Source: an uncultured bacterium
GTDB lineage: Bacteria > CG03 > CAZUQH01
DNA: 39,294 bases
Assembly (NCBI GenBank): GCA_964622465.1
Contig: CAZUQH010000006.1
Coordinates: 1-39,294, forward strand
Direction: 5' to 3'
Numbering within the stretch: position 1 is the first letter of the stretch; every line of letters starts with the position of its first letter. This document shows, piece after piece, positions 1 to 7,585 of the stretch. The position numbers and the translations under genes are program-made. Below the pieces are notes generated by a model. It was not told the DNA's origin, searched no databases, and saw nothing but the letters and a program-made list of their open reading frames with translations.

Positions 1-955
1 CGGACAGGAGGACTCTAACCCTCACTCAGTCGTCAGCTACGAGCGCATAGTTGCAACTACGCACGACCTCATACTCCGGGAAAGCGCGCTACATCTGATT
101 GCAAATTTCTATCTTACGCATCTTACGGATTCCCCGGAGTATCTTAATCTAAGCGTGGATGCATTGAGCCGTCTCGCAAAGATTGCGACGACCTCGCGTA
201 TAAAGGAAGACGCTTTATTCAACCTCTCTAACCAGTATTTTCTTTATAGAAACGAACTTGAACTGGCATTAGCCGCCTATCAGCAATTGATAAGTGAATT
301 TCCAAATACAAGATGGAAGAGGGTCGTAGAGGACAGGTGCCGTTTGATTGAGGAAAATATGGCGTTTCCTAAACCCCTGTACTTTTACATACTCGCGGAA
401 AGACATTTTGAAAGACAGGATTTTCCAGCTGCAATTCGACACCTTGAGGAACTGATAACGGAATACCCGCATATTTCTCTTGCTGGTGATGCTTTGTATT
501 TCATCGGGGACATCTACCTTTATAAGTATCATGATTATCATCGTGGATATGCTACTTACTCGCATCTTGTGCGTGACTACCCTGAACATAGGTCAGCGGC
601 ATCTGCATCCTTAAAATCAGGGACTTGTCTTCAGAAGCTTGAACGCTGGCATGAAGCGATAAACGTATTCTGGGACCACATAAAGCACTATTCGCGCGAT
701 GGCAATCCTGACTATGCTCAATACTATATCGCACAGTCATACGAAGCGCTCGGGAACTTAGAAAAAGCTCGCGTTTCATACGACCTTATACTTGGAAACT
801 ATCCGGATAGCATCTGGACGCAGATCGCTCGCACAAAAGTTTCTCAAGATATCACATCCGGACCATCCGATGTGAGGAGTGTTATTATAAAAGCGCAGGA
901 CTCAAGCACTCACCCCGAGGATAAGAAAAAAAAGAGAGGAGATAAAAACCAATGA
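1..955 (+). CDS. TPR-repeat protein, possibly 5'-partial
   Basis: The ORF track starts at GTG 155. The same frame (codons from nt 2) has no stop back to the window edge and no earlier ATG/GTG/TTG, so the gene may continue upstream. The helical repeat content is TPR-like (AAYQQLISEFPNT, ALYFIGDIYLYK, AQYYIAQSYEALGNLEKA). The tail is K/R-rich. Confidence 0.6.
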   Translation, partial: GQEDSNPHSVVSYERIVATTHDLILRESALHLIANFYLTHLTDSPEYLNLSVDALSRLAKIATTSRIKEDALFNLSNQYFLYRNELELALAAYQQLISEFPNTRWKRVVEDRCRLIEENMAFPKPLYFYILAERHFERQDFPAAIRHLEELITEYPHISLAGDALYFIGDIYLYKYHDYHRGYATYSHLVRDYPEHRSAASASLKSGTCLQKLERWHEAINVFWDHIKHYSRDGNPDYAQYYIAQSYEALGNLEKARVSYDLILGNYPDSIWTQIARTKVSQDITSGPSDVRSVIIKAQDSSTHPEDKKKKRGDKNQ

Positions 956-1980
956 TATGGTCTCCTGCAATCCTTTACGTTTCCACATTCGTGGTCTCTG
1001 CATTGCTTGCTCTTGGAATGACGCCTGTCTCAATATGGTTGGCGACTAAGTGGCATATACTGGACGTTCCTAATTCGCCTGTCAAAACCCACAAACTCCC
1101 AGTTCCATATCTTGGCGGAGTTGCTATCTGGGGTTCTTTTGTACTGAGCATGATATTGTTGCGTTTTCTTACGCATTTCCCTACAGGCACACTATATAAC
1201 CTTCGTGGACTTTTGTTTGGTGGCACTACAATAATGTTGCTTGGCGTATGGGATGATGTCAGAGGGTTGGATTATCGTTTCAAGCTCCTCGTCGAAGTGA
1301 TTGCAGCACTTATACTTATTTCTTTTGGTATCAGAATCCACTTCATAAGTAATCCATGGGTAGCTATTCCTCTGACGGTTCTGTGGGTAGTTGGCATTAC
1401 AAATTCTCTGAATATAATTGATATAATGGATGGACTTTGTGCAGGGACTGGTTTCGTTGCAGCGCTTGCCCTCTTCTTTATTGCTCTACCTACGGAGGCA
1501 ATTTACGTTAATTTTGCTTCCGTTGCACTCGCTGGAGCATTACTTGGTTTTCTGCACTATAACTGGCAGCCGGCAAGAATTTTTCTCGGTGACGCAGGAA
1601 GTTTATTCATTGGATTTAGCCTTGCAGCTCTCTCGCTTGGTGAAAGTTATACGACAGTGAATAATATCGCTCTGTTTGCACCTATACTTGTTCTCGGTAT
1701 CCCACTCTATGACACAGTGCTTGTGAGTTTTCATAGAATGCGCCGCGGGAAATCAATTTTTGAGGGGTCTAAAGACCATTTTGCACTGCGAATGGAAGCG
1801 ATGGGAATCAGAAGAAAACGGGTGGTTCAAACAACATTGCTTGTTTCTGCCTGTCTTTCAATAGCTGCGTTTCTGATAACTATCTTGAAGTTTGAATACG
1901 CCGCACTTGTGCTCGGTGTTGTCGTCGCTGTCGGTGCATTTGCATTTAATGCTCTGAGTTCAGTGGAGGTAAAGGAGTAG
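952..1980 (+). CDS. Glycosyltransferase family 4 polyprenyl-phosphate HexNAc-1-phosphate transferase (WecA/MraY family)
   Basis: 342-aa polytopic membrane protein. It carries WDDVRGL and NSLNIIDIMDGL motifs (NxxNxxDGxDGL type) typical of the MraY/WecA family. ATGA overlap with the upstream gene. Confidence 0.8.
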   Translation: MIWSPAILYVSTFVVSALLALGMTPVSIWLATKWHILDVPNSPVKTHKLPVPYLGGVAIWGSFVLSMILLRFLTHFPTGTLYNLRGLLFGGTTIMLLGVWDDVRGLDYRFKLLVEVIAALILISFGIRIHFISNPWVAIPLTVLWVVGITNSLNIIDIMDGLCAGTGFVAALALFFIALPTEAIYVNFASVALAGALLGFLHYNWQPARIFLGDAGSLFIGFSLAALSLGESYTTVNNIALFAPILVLGIPLYDTVLVSFHRMRRGKSIFEGSKDHFALRMEAMGIRRKRVVQTTLLVSACLSIAAFLITILKFEYAALVLGVVVAVGAFAFNALSSVEVKE

Positions 1981-3305
1981 TGATTGTCCTTGTTGGCGCT
2001 GGCCTTGCTGGCTTGAGCACTGCTTACCACCTCCACAAAATCCATCCGGGAAATGAATTTCTTATTTTCGAGCGTTCTCCCGTACCTGGCGGACTATGTC
2101 GGACCGAAAAAACAGACGGTTTTCTCTTTGATTATACCGGCCATTTGCTTCATCTTCGCAAACCAGCGTCTCTTGCTTTGCTTCGGAAGATAGCCACAGC
2201 GAAACTTGTCCGGCACAGACGTAGGGCGAGCATCTATACTCTGGGCACAGTAATTCCTTACCCATTTCAGGTTAACCTCCATGGTTTACCGCCAGCCGTT
2301 GTTCGGCAATGCGTAAATGGTTTTATTGAGGTATATAACCATCGTCAGAGGAGAGATAATTTTGCTAACTGGACAGAGGATACTTTTGGTCACGGAATTA
2401 CCCGCTGTTTTATGAAGCCGTACAACACAAAGGTGTGGCGAGTCCCACTTGAAGAACTAAGTTGTGAGTGGGTCGGGAGGTATGTCCCACAGCCAGACAT
2501 AGATGAGGTTATAGCAGGTGCACTTGGAGCGACCAAAACCGGTATCGGTTATAATGCGCAATTCTACTATCCCCAAGTCGGTGGTATCCAGTCATTAGTC
2601 GATGGGTTTGTTAACCCTGTGGGTAACTCGGGTGAGTTAAAAACAGGTGTTGAGGTACTGAGGGTAAATAATAAGAAAAAGGTTGTCTTGCTGCGTGACG
2701 CTACTGGTGTACACTCTGTAAAATATGACGTTCTAATTTCTACGATTCCTCTGGTGGAATTAGTGAAAAGAATTGAAGATGTCCCGGATTCCGTACGCCA
2801 GGCAGCTCGTAGATTGAGGTGGAACAGTGTGATAAACGTTAATTTTGGCTTTCGCGGAAGCCCTCCCGGTAACTGGCATTGGTTGTATGTGCCGGAAAAG
2901 AAATACAGGTTTTACCGCGTTGGTTTTCCTGGTGCGCTGTCATCCAGTATGGTACCACGTGGCACGTACTCGGTCTCAACCGAAGTTTCTCAAGCCCCAG
3001 TTGGAATGTCCCGTAAACGGCTTCATGGATTTGAAGATAGCGTACTCAGGGACTTGTATAAATGCGGATTTGCAAAACGAGATGCAGAACCAATCGTTCA
3101 GAAAACCCTTGTGTTGGATTACGGCTACGTCCTTTATGACCATCATTGGAAGCGGTCAAGGAGAGTTATTCTTGATTGGCTTAAACACACGGGAATAATC
3201 TCAATTGGACGGTATGGTAGATGGGAGTATTCTACTATGGAGGATGCAATATTGCAGGGAAGAGAAGCGGCTGCATCAGCAGCACGTAATGTCGCTAAAT
3301 ACTAG
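1980..3305 (+). CDS. FAD-dependent oxidoreductase (amine-oxidase / UDP-galactopyranose-mutase-like fold)
   Basis: N-terminal dinucleotide-binding motif VLVGAGLAGLSTAY with FERSPVPGG. C-terminal GRYGRWEY...MEDAILQGREAA is typical of flavin amine-oxidase-fold enzymes. The exact substrate cannot be called. Confidence 0.6.
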   Translation: MIVLVGAGLAGLSTAYHLHKIHPGNEFLIFERSPVPGGLCRTEKTDGFLFDYTGHLLHLRKPASLALLRKIATAKLVRHRRRASIYTLGTVIPYPFQVNLHGLPPAVVRQCVNGFIEVYNHRQRRDNFANWTEDTFGHGITRCFMKPYNTKVWRVPLEELSCEWVGRYVPQPDIDEVIAGALGATKTGIGYNAQFYYPQVGGIQSLVDGFVNPVGNSGELKTGVEVLRVNNKKKVVLLRDATGVHSVKYDVLISTIPLVELVKRIEDVPDSVRQAARRLRWNSVINVNFGFRGSPPGNWHWLYVPEKKYRFYRVGFPGALSSSMVPRGTYSVSTEVSQAPVGMSRKRLHGFEDSVLRDLYKCGFAKRDAEPIVQKTLVLDYGYVLYDHHWKRSRRVILDWLKHTGIISIGRYGRWEYSTMEDAILQGREAAASAARNVAKY

Positions 3306-3312
3306 AGAGAAA

Positions 3313-4275
3313 ATGACAGGTAAATGTCTCGTTACAGGTTGTGCTGGATTTATTGGTTCACATCTTTGCGAATCGCTACTGCGTGATAACTGTGTAATTA
3401 CGGGTATAGATTGTTTTACTGACTACTATTCGCAGGGAAGAAAAGAACAAAACCTGAAGAACTTTATAGGTAACAAAAGGTTTAAATTGCTCAAGCGAGA
3501 GATGTCAACTGATAAGTTAACTGATGCGGTACAGGATACAGATTACGTTTTTCATCTGGCTGCGCAGCCAGGCGTCCGCAATGGATGGGGTGATGATTTT
3601 GAGGTCTACGTGCAGCGTAACATAATCGCAACACACCGTCTCCTTAAAGCAATCAGGGAAGTAAATTCTAAGGTAAAAAAAGTCATTCTTGCATCTTCGA
3701 GTTCCATATACGGAGATAACCCCGTACCGATGAAAGAGGAACAGTTGCCAAAACCTGTTTCTCCGTACGGAATAACAAAAGTTGCATGTGAGAATCTCGG
3801 ACGTCTCTATTTCAAGCAATTCGGATTGCCGGTTGTTACTCTTCGATATTTTACTGTGTATGGCCCAAGACAGAGGCCGGATATGGCTTTCTACAAATTC
3901 ATAGACGGACTCTTAAATGGAGAGCCGATTGTTGTATATGGCGATGGGAGCCAGAAGAGAGATTTTACCTATATTGATGATGCGGTTGAATCAACTTTGA
4001 AAGCGGCGGAAAAAGGTATTCCCGGTGATATATACAATATTGGTGGCGGGACAGAGATAACCGTTCGTGACGCTGTGTCTTTACTGGAGGACATCGCTGG
4101 AAGGGAAGTCAGGATAGAATTTTGTCCTTCTCAACCGGGGGAGATGCATGAGACACTTGCCGATAACAAACGCGCCCGTGATATTCTTGGGTTTGTCCCT
4201 GGTACAGATTTACGCGCAGGGCTGAAGAAAGAATTAGAATGGTTCCTAAAAGAACAAGAAGAAGAACAAAAATAG
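3313..4275 (+). CDS. NAD-dependent epimerase/dehydratase (SDR family nucleotide-sugar enzyme)
   Basis: MTGKCLVTGCAGFIGSHL Rossmann motif and SPYGITK (YxxxK) catalytic motif. I moved the start from track position 3205 to ATG 3313, which lies just after the upstream stop. Confidence 0.8.
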   Translation: MTGKCLVTGCAGFIGSHLCESLLRDNCVITGIDCFTDYYSQGRKEQNLKNFIGNKRFKLLKREMSTDKLTDAVQDTDYVFHLAAQPGVRNGWGDDFEVYVQRNIIATHRLLKAIREVNSKVKKVILASSSSIYGDNPVPMKEEQLPKPVSPYGITKVACENLGRLYFKQFGLPVVTLRYFTVYGPRQRPDMAFYKFIDGLLNGEPIVVYGDGSQKRDFTYIDDAVESTLKAAEKGIPGDIYNIGGGTEITVRDAVSLLEDIAGREVRIEFCPSQPGEMHETLADNKRARDILGFVPGTDLRAGLKKELEWFLKEQEEEQK

Positions 4276-5450
4276 CACATGTAATAACGAAGCTGGAACT
4301 TGGCGGTGCACAACAGAATACGCTCTATACGCTTAATCATCTTGACCCAAAGCGTTACAGAGGGTATCTGTTTTCCGGCCGTGGGGGTATTCTGGATGAT
4401 GAGGCCTCCAGTGCAGTGGGATATGAAACCAGATTTATTCCATCGCTTGGACGCCGGATATCTCCATTTCATGACTTTATTACTCTGGCGCACATCTGGC
4501 TCTTGTGTATATTGATTAGACCTGATATTATTCACACCCATTCTTCAAAGGCGGGGATAATAGGACGGTGGGCTGCTTTCTTTGCAGGTGTGCCTGTCCT
4601 TATTCATACCTATCACGGATTTGGTTTTAACGATTTTCAGCCACTCCCTGTAAGATGCATCTTACAGTTTACCGAATGTCTCACGGCACCTATAACTACT
4701 GCCCTCGTAGCCGTGTCAAGCGAAAATATCCAGAAAGGGCTATTAGCGGGCATAGGGAAACGAGAACAATACCTTGTTATTCATAGCGGTATAAAGGTGA
4801 GTGACTTTGCAGCGGTTCCAGAGGACAAAATAGAAAACACAAGGAAACAGATTGGTATTAAGAAAGGTATTCCTGTTATAGGGATGGTCGGTTGTTTCAA
4901 ACCACAGAAGGCGCCACTGGATTTTGTTTATCTCGCGAAGAAAGTTTCAGACAAACGTACTGATGTGCAATTTGTATTGATTGGTGATGGTTTGTTACGT
5001 CCTCAAATAGAAAAAGAGATAGAACGCCTGAATCTGAAGGATAAGTTAATTCTTACGGGTTGGAGGCGTGATGTTTCCTCCTGTGTCGCGTTATTTGATA
5101 TTCTCGTTCTCACTTCTTTATGGGAAGGACTGCCACGTGTTTTTCCGGAGGCAATGGCTGCTGGCAAGCCAATTGTTGCTACCTGGGTTGATGGAGCGCG
5201 GGAAGCGGTGCTACATGGGATAAACGGGTATCTTGTAGCTCCGCACGATGTTGACAAAATGAGTGATTATGTGCTACGGTTACTGGACAATCCAGACGAA
5301 AGAGGGCGTTTTGGCGCCTATGGGAAGAGGCGCGTTTACCCCCAATACGATATAGATGAAATGACGCGTCAGCTGGATGAACTTTATACAACTGTCATTG
5401 CGAGGAAAGTGCGTAAGCACTTGACGAAGCAATCTCGTACCAGTGAATAA
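4239..5450 (+). CDS. Glycosyltransferase family 4 (GT-B, GT1 superfamily)
   Basis: KIAHVITKLELGGAQ N-terminus and the LTSLWEGLPRVFPEAMAAGKPIVAT (EX7E-type) C-terminal domain. The last ~19 codons and the stop lie inside a repeat element (see findings). Confidence 0.8.
   Translation: MVPKRTRRRTKIAHVITKLELGGAQQNTLYTLNHLDPKRYRGYLFSGRGGILDDEASSAVGYETRFIPSLGRRISPFHDFITLAHIWLLCILIRPDIIHTHSSKAGIIGRWAAFFAGVPVLIHTYHGFGFNDFQPLPVRCILQFTECLTAPITTALVAVSSENIQKGLLAGIGKREQYLVIHSGIKVSDFAAVPEDKIENTRKQIGIKKGIPVIGMVGCFKPQKAPLDFVYLAKKVSDKRTDVQFVLIGDGLLRPQIEKEIERLNLKDKLILTGWRRDVSSCVALFDILVLTSLWEGLPRVFPEAMAAGKPIVATWVDGAREAVLHGINGYLVAPHDVDKMSDYVLRLLDNPDERGRFGAYGKRRVYPQYDIDEMTRQLDELYTTVIARKVRKHLTKQSRTSE
5394..5434 (+). 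repeat. Hairpin repeat copy (+ orientation)
   Basis: GTCATTGCGAG-gaAAGTGCgtaaGCACTTga-CGAAGCAATC. The inner stem is 6 bp with a GTAA loop. The copy lies inside the 3' end of the GT4 CDS. Confidence 0.85.
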
Positions 5451-5730
5451 AATATATACTGTCTACATAATGGCGAATGAAAGAAATACAGTCCTGTATA
5501 CTGGTATAACCAGTAGCCTTCGTAAGAGAGTATTTGAACACAAGGAAAAGATAATAAAGGGTTTCACCAACAAGTACAATGTAAGCAAATTGGTGTATTA
5601 TGAGTTGTTTAGTGATGCCCTGACGGCGATTACCCGAGAAAAGCAAATTAAGGCGGGCTCACGGGATAAGAAACTTGTACTGGTAAATGGATTTAATCCA
5701 AGATGGCGGGATTTGTATGAAGAGTTATGA
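5443..5730 (+). CDS. GIY-YIG nuclease family protein (COG2827/UPF0213-like)
   Basis: 95 aa with KIYTVYIM...VLYTGIT...LRKRVFEH...REKQIK, matching the GIY-YIG core order (GIY, YIG, R, E). GTG start. The ORF is bracketed by inverted hairpin repeats. Confidence 0.8.
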   Translation: MNKIYTVYIMANERNTVLYTGITSSLRKRVFEHKEKIIKGFTNKYNVSKLVYYELFSDALTAITREKQIKAGSRDKKLVLVNGFNPRWRDLYEEL

Positions 5731-5762
5731 GATTGCTTCGCCCTTCGGGCTCGCAATGACAA
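5731..5762 (-). repeat. Hairpin repeat copy (- orientation)
   Basis: GATTGCTTCGCCCTTCGGGCTCGCAATGACAA. Outer stem ATTGC/GCAAT, inner stem GCCC/GGGC. 32/32 identical to the copy at 7057-7088. Confidence 0.9.
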
Positions 5763-5766
5763 CTGG

Positions 5767-7032
5767 ATGACGATTTCAGAGAAAATAATCAGCGTGCACC
5801 TGACTGAAAATCCGGGACGCAAAGTAATGCCTGGTGAACTTGTGGTTGTGCATGTCGACAGAGTGTTATTGCAAGATGGAACCGGCCCGCTTGCCTGGAG
5901 TCGCTTTGATGAACTTGGTCTTCATGGGCCGGCAAAACCAGAATCAATAGTATCTTTTTTGGACCACGCTTCCCCCTCTCCAAGGCAGGAGCTTGCAAAT
6001 TGTCATAAGTTGCTAAGAGAGCGTGCGCGCGAATATGGAATCACCTTGAGCGATATTGAATGTGGCATCTGCCATCAGCGGATGATAGAAACGTTTGTTC
6101 ATCCGGGTGAACTTATCCTTGGCTCTGATTCCCATACTTGTACTTCAGGTGCGCTTGGTGCTTTTGCATGCGGGGTCGGGTCAACGGATGCCGCTATTGC
6201 TGTGGGACTTGGAGAACAGTGGCTTAGAGTGCCTGCCTCCTGGCTCATAAAAATTGAAGGAGAACTTAACCGATGGGTAACTGCGAAGGATATCATGCTT
6301 TACCTTATTGGAATGATTGGCGCTGATGGCGGGACATACAAAGCACTTGAGTTTGCCGGGAAGACAGTAGAGAAAATGCTAGTGCCTGAACGGCAGGTAC
6401 TCTGTAACATGGCAGTAGAGGCAGGTGCAAAGACAGGCATTGTCTCATCAGATGAAATGACTAAAAATTATCTCAGAGAACAGGGGCGCGAGCAGGATTG
6501 GAAAGAGATGTCTTCTGATTCCGATGCTCGATACGAACGTACAATTGAAATATCTGCAGAGACCCTGAAACCTATGGTTGCACAACCTCATACCGTTGAT
6601 AATGTCCAGCCAGTTAGCGAAATTGCGAAAGAGAAAGTTCATATTGACCAGGTATTCATTGGTTCTTGCACAGGCGGGAGAATTGAAGATTTGAGGATTG
6701 CTGCGCAAATTCTGAAAGGAAAAAAGAGAGCAACGAATACGCGTCTTATAATAACACCTGCTTCTCAGGCAACGTATGAAAAGGCGCTCAAAGAGGGGAT
6801 ACTGGAGCAGTTCGTGAGCGCAGGCGGTTTGGTAACGGCGCCTGGTTGCGGTCCCTGCTCTGGAGTGCATCTTGGTATTCTTGCTGACGGAGAGAAGTGT
6901 CTTGCGACCCAGAATCGGAACTTCCGCGGACGAATGGGTAACCCAAATTCAGAGGTATATCTATCTTCGGCTGCAGTTGCTGCATGCTCAGCTATCAAGG
7001 GATACATTGCTGACCCGCAGGAATTATCATAG
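5767..7032 (+). CDS. Aconitase-superfamily hydro-lyase large subunit (3-isopropylmalate dehydratase / homoaconitase LeuC-HacA type)
   Basis: 421 aa, the short type. It has GSDSHT, FIGSCTGGR and PGCGPCSG Fe-S cluster/substrate motifs characteristic of LeuC-type large subunits. Confidence 0.8.
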   Translation: MTISEKIISVHLTENPGRKVMPGELVVVHVDRVLLQDGTGPLAWSRFDELGLHGPAKPESIVSFLDHASPSPRQELANCHKLLRERAREYGITLSDIECGICHQRMIETFVHPGELILGSDSHTCTSGALGAFACGVGSTDAAIAVGLGEQWLRVPASWLIKIEGELNRWVTAKDIMLYLIGMIGADGGTYKALEFAGKTVEKMLVPERQVLCNMAVEAGAKTGIVSSDEMTKNYLREQGREQDWKEMSSDSDARYERTIEISAETLKPMVAQPHTVDNVQPVSEIAKEKVHIDQVFIGSCTGGRIEDLRIAAQILKGKKRATNTRLIITPASQATYEKALKEGILEQFVSAGGLVTAPGCGPCSGVHLGILADGEKCLATQNRNFRGRMGNPNSEVYLSSAAVAACSAIKGYIADPQELS

Positions 7033-7056
7033 GTGGATAGTTTTTGGCTGGTAAGG

Positions 7057-7088
7057 GATTGCTTCGCCCTTCGGGCTCGCAATGACAA
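7057..7088 (-). repeat. Hairpin repeat copy (- orientation)
   Basis: Identical 32-mer to 5731-5762. It is preceded by ctggtaagg, which resembles the tactggtacgg extension of other copies. It sits between the large- and small-subunit genes. Confidence 0.9.
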
Positions 7089-7099
7089 TGTGATATAGA

Positions 7100-7585
7100 A
7101 TGAAAATACATAAATTTGGAGATAACATAAACACTGACTTGCTTGCGCCAGGACGCTATTTTCATCTTCGGCAAAACATTCCAGAGTTGGCAAAACATAC
7201 ACTTGAGGATATAAATCCGGAGTTTGCTTCGAGCGTAAAACCAGGTGATGTATTAGTTTGCGGCAAGAATTTTGGCCTGGGTTCCTCGCGGGAGCACGCT
7301 GCAGCTGTTTTAAAGGAACTCGGGATTAAGTATATTCTGGCAAAGTCATTTGCAAGAATTTTCTTTCGTAATGCAGTTAACCTGGGGATTATCCCAATAG
7401 AGTTGGATACGGATAAAATACAGGCAGGGGATGACATAGAGATAGACATTGAACACGGTATAGTGAAAGACGTAACTAGCGAGAAAGAGATAAAATTTAC
7501 ACCACCGGCTGGTATTGTTAAAAAAATACTTGATGAAGGCGGGGTGGTTCCGTACATAAAAAAATATGGCAAGTTCAAAGCATAA
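7100..7585 (+). CDS. Aconitase-superfamily hydro-lyase small subunit (LeuD/HacB type)
   Basis: 161 aa with [13 protein letters not shown], the signature of the LeuD swivel-domain subunit. Confidence 0.8.
   Translation: MKIHKFGDNINTDLLAPGRYFHLRQNIPELAKHTLEDINPEFASSVKPGDVLVCGKNFGLGSSREHAAAVLKELGIKYILAKSFARIFFRNAVNLGIIPIELDTDKIQAGDDIEIDIEHGIVKDVTSEKEIKFTPPAGIVKKILDEGGVVPYIKKYGKFKA

Larger units (their letters stand above)
5394..5762 (+). mobile_element. Candidate GIY-YIG cassette: inverted hairpin repeat, GIY-YIG ORF, inverted hairpin repeat
   Basis: The left arm set (5394-5434) and right arm set (5731-5762) are reverse complements in their outer arms (GTCATTGCGAG / CTCGCAATGAC and CGAAGCAATC / GATTGCTTCG). 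The only content between them is the GIY-YIG ORF. Mobility is inferred, not shown. Confidence 0.5.

Noticed and set aside
3205-3312. N-terminal extensions given by the ORF track for several genes: the epimerase (3205), ackA (9106), fabH (11554), acpP (13299), the DJ-1 gene (25358), tyrA (35772) and cmk (37975).
   Set aside because: Each extension overlaps the upstream CDS. In every case the conserved family N-terminus begins at a downstream ATG that sits at or just after the upstream stop, and for acpP that ATG follows a GGAGGT Shine-Dalgarno.
5390-5764. AACT on both sides of the GIY-YIG cassette as a target-site duplication.
   Set aside because: I kept it only as a caveat in the finding. 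The right-hand AA is also conserved after the 7057 copy (…GACAA), so it is probably part of the element. The other composite copies show no matching flanks.
5598-5822. Minus-strand 74-aa ORF, together with the 145-aa and 67-aa minus-strand ORFs at 6765-7202 and 6995-7198. They contain SLRARRAKQS or HCEPEGRSN peptides.
   Set aside because: These peptides are just translations of the hairpin repeat read on the opposite strand. The ORFs are antisense to well-supported genes (GIY-YIG/leuC and leuC/leuD) and have no other coding support.
7004-7028. Possible degenerate + copy of the repeat (acattgctgacccgcaggaattatc) at the leuC 3' end, which would make a pair with the 7057 copy.
   Set aside because: The similarity to the arms is weak. 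The encoded ...KGYIADPQELS looks like a normal C-terminus for a LeuC/HacA-type large subunit, so this is most likely chance.
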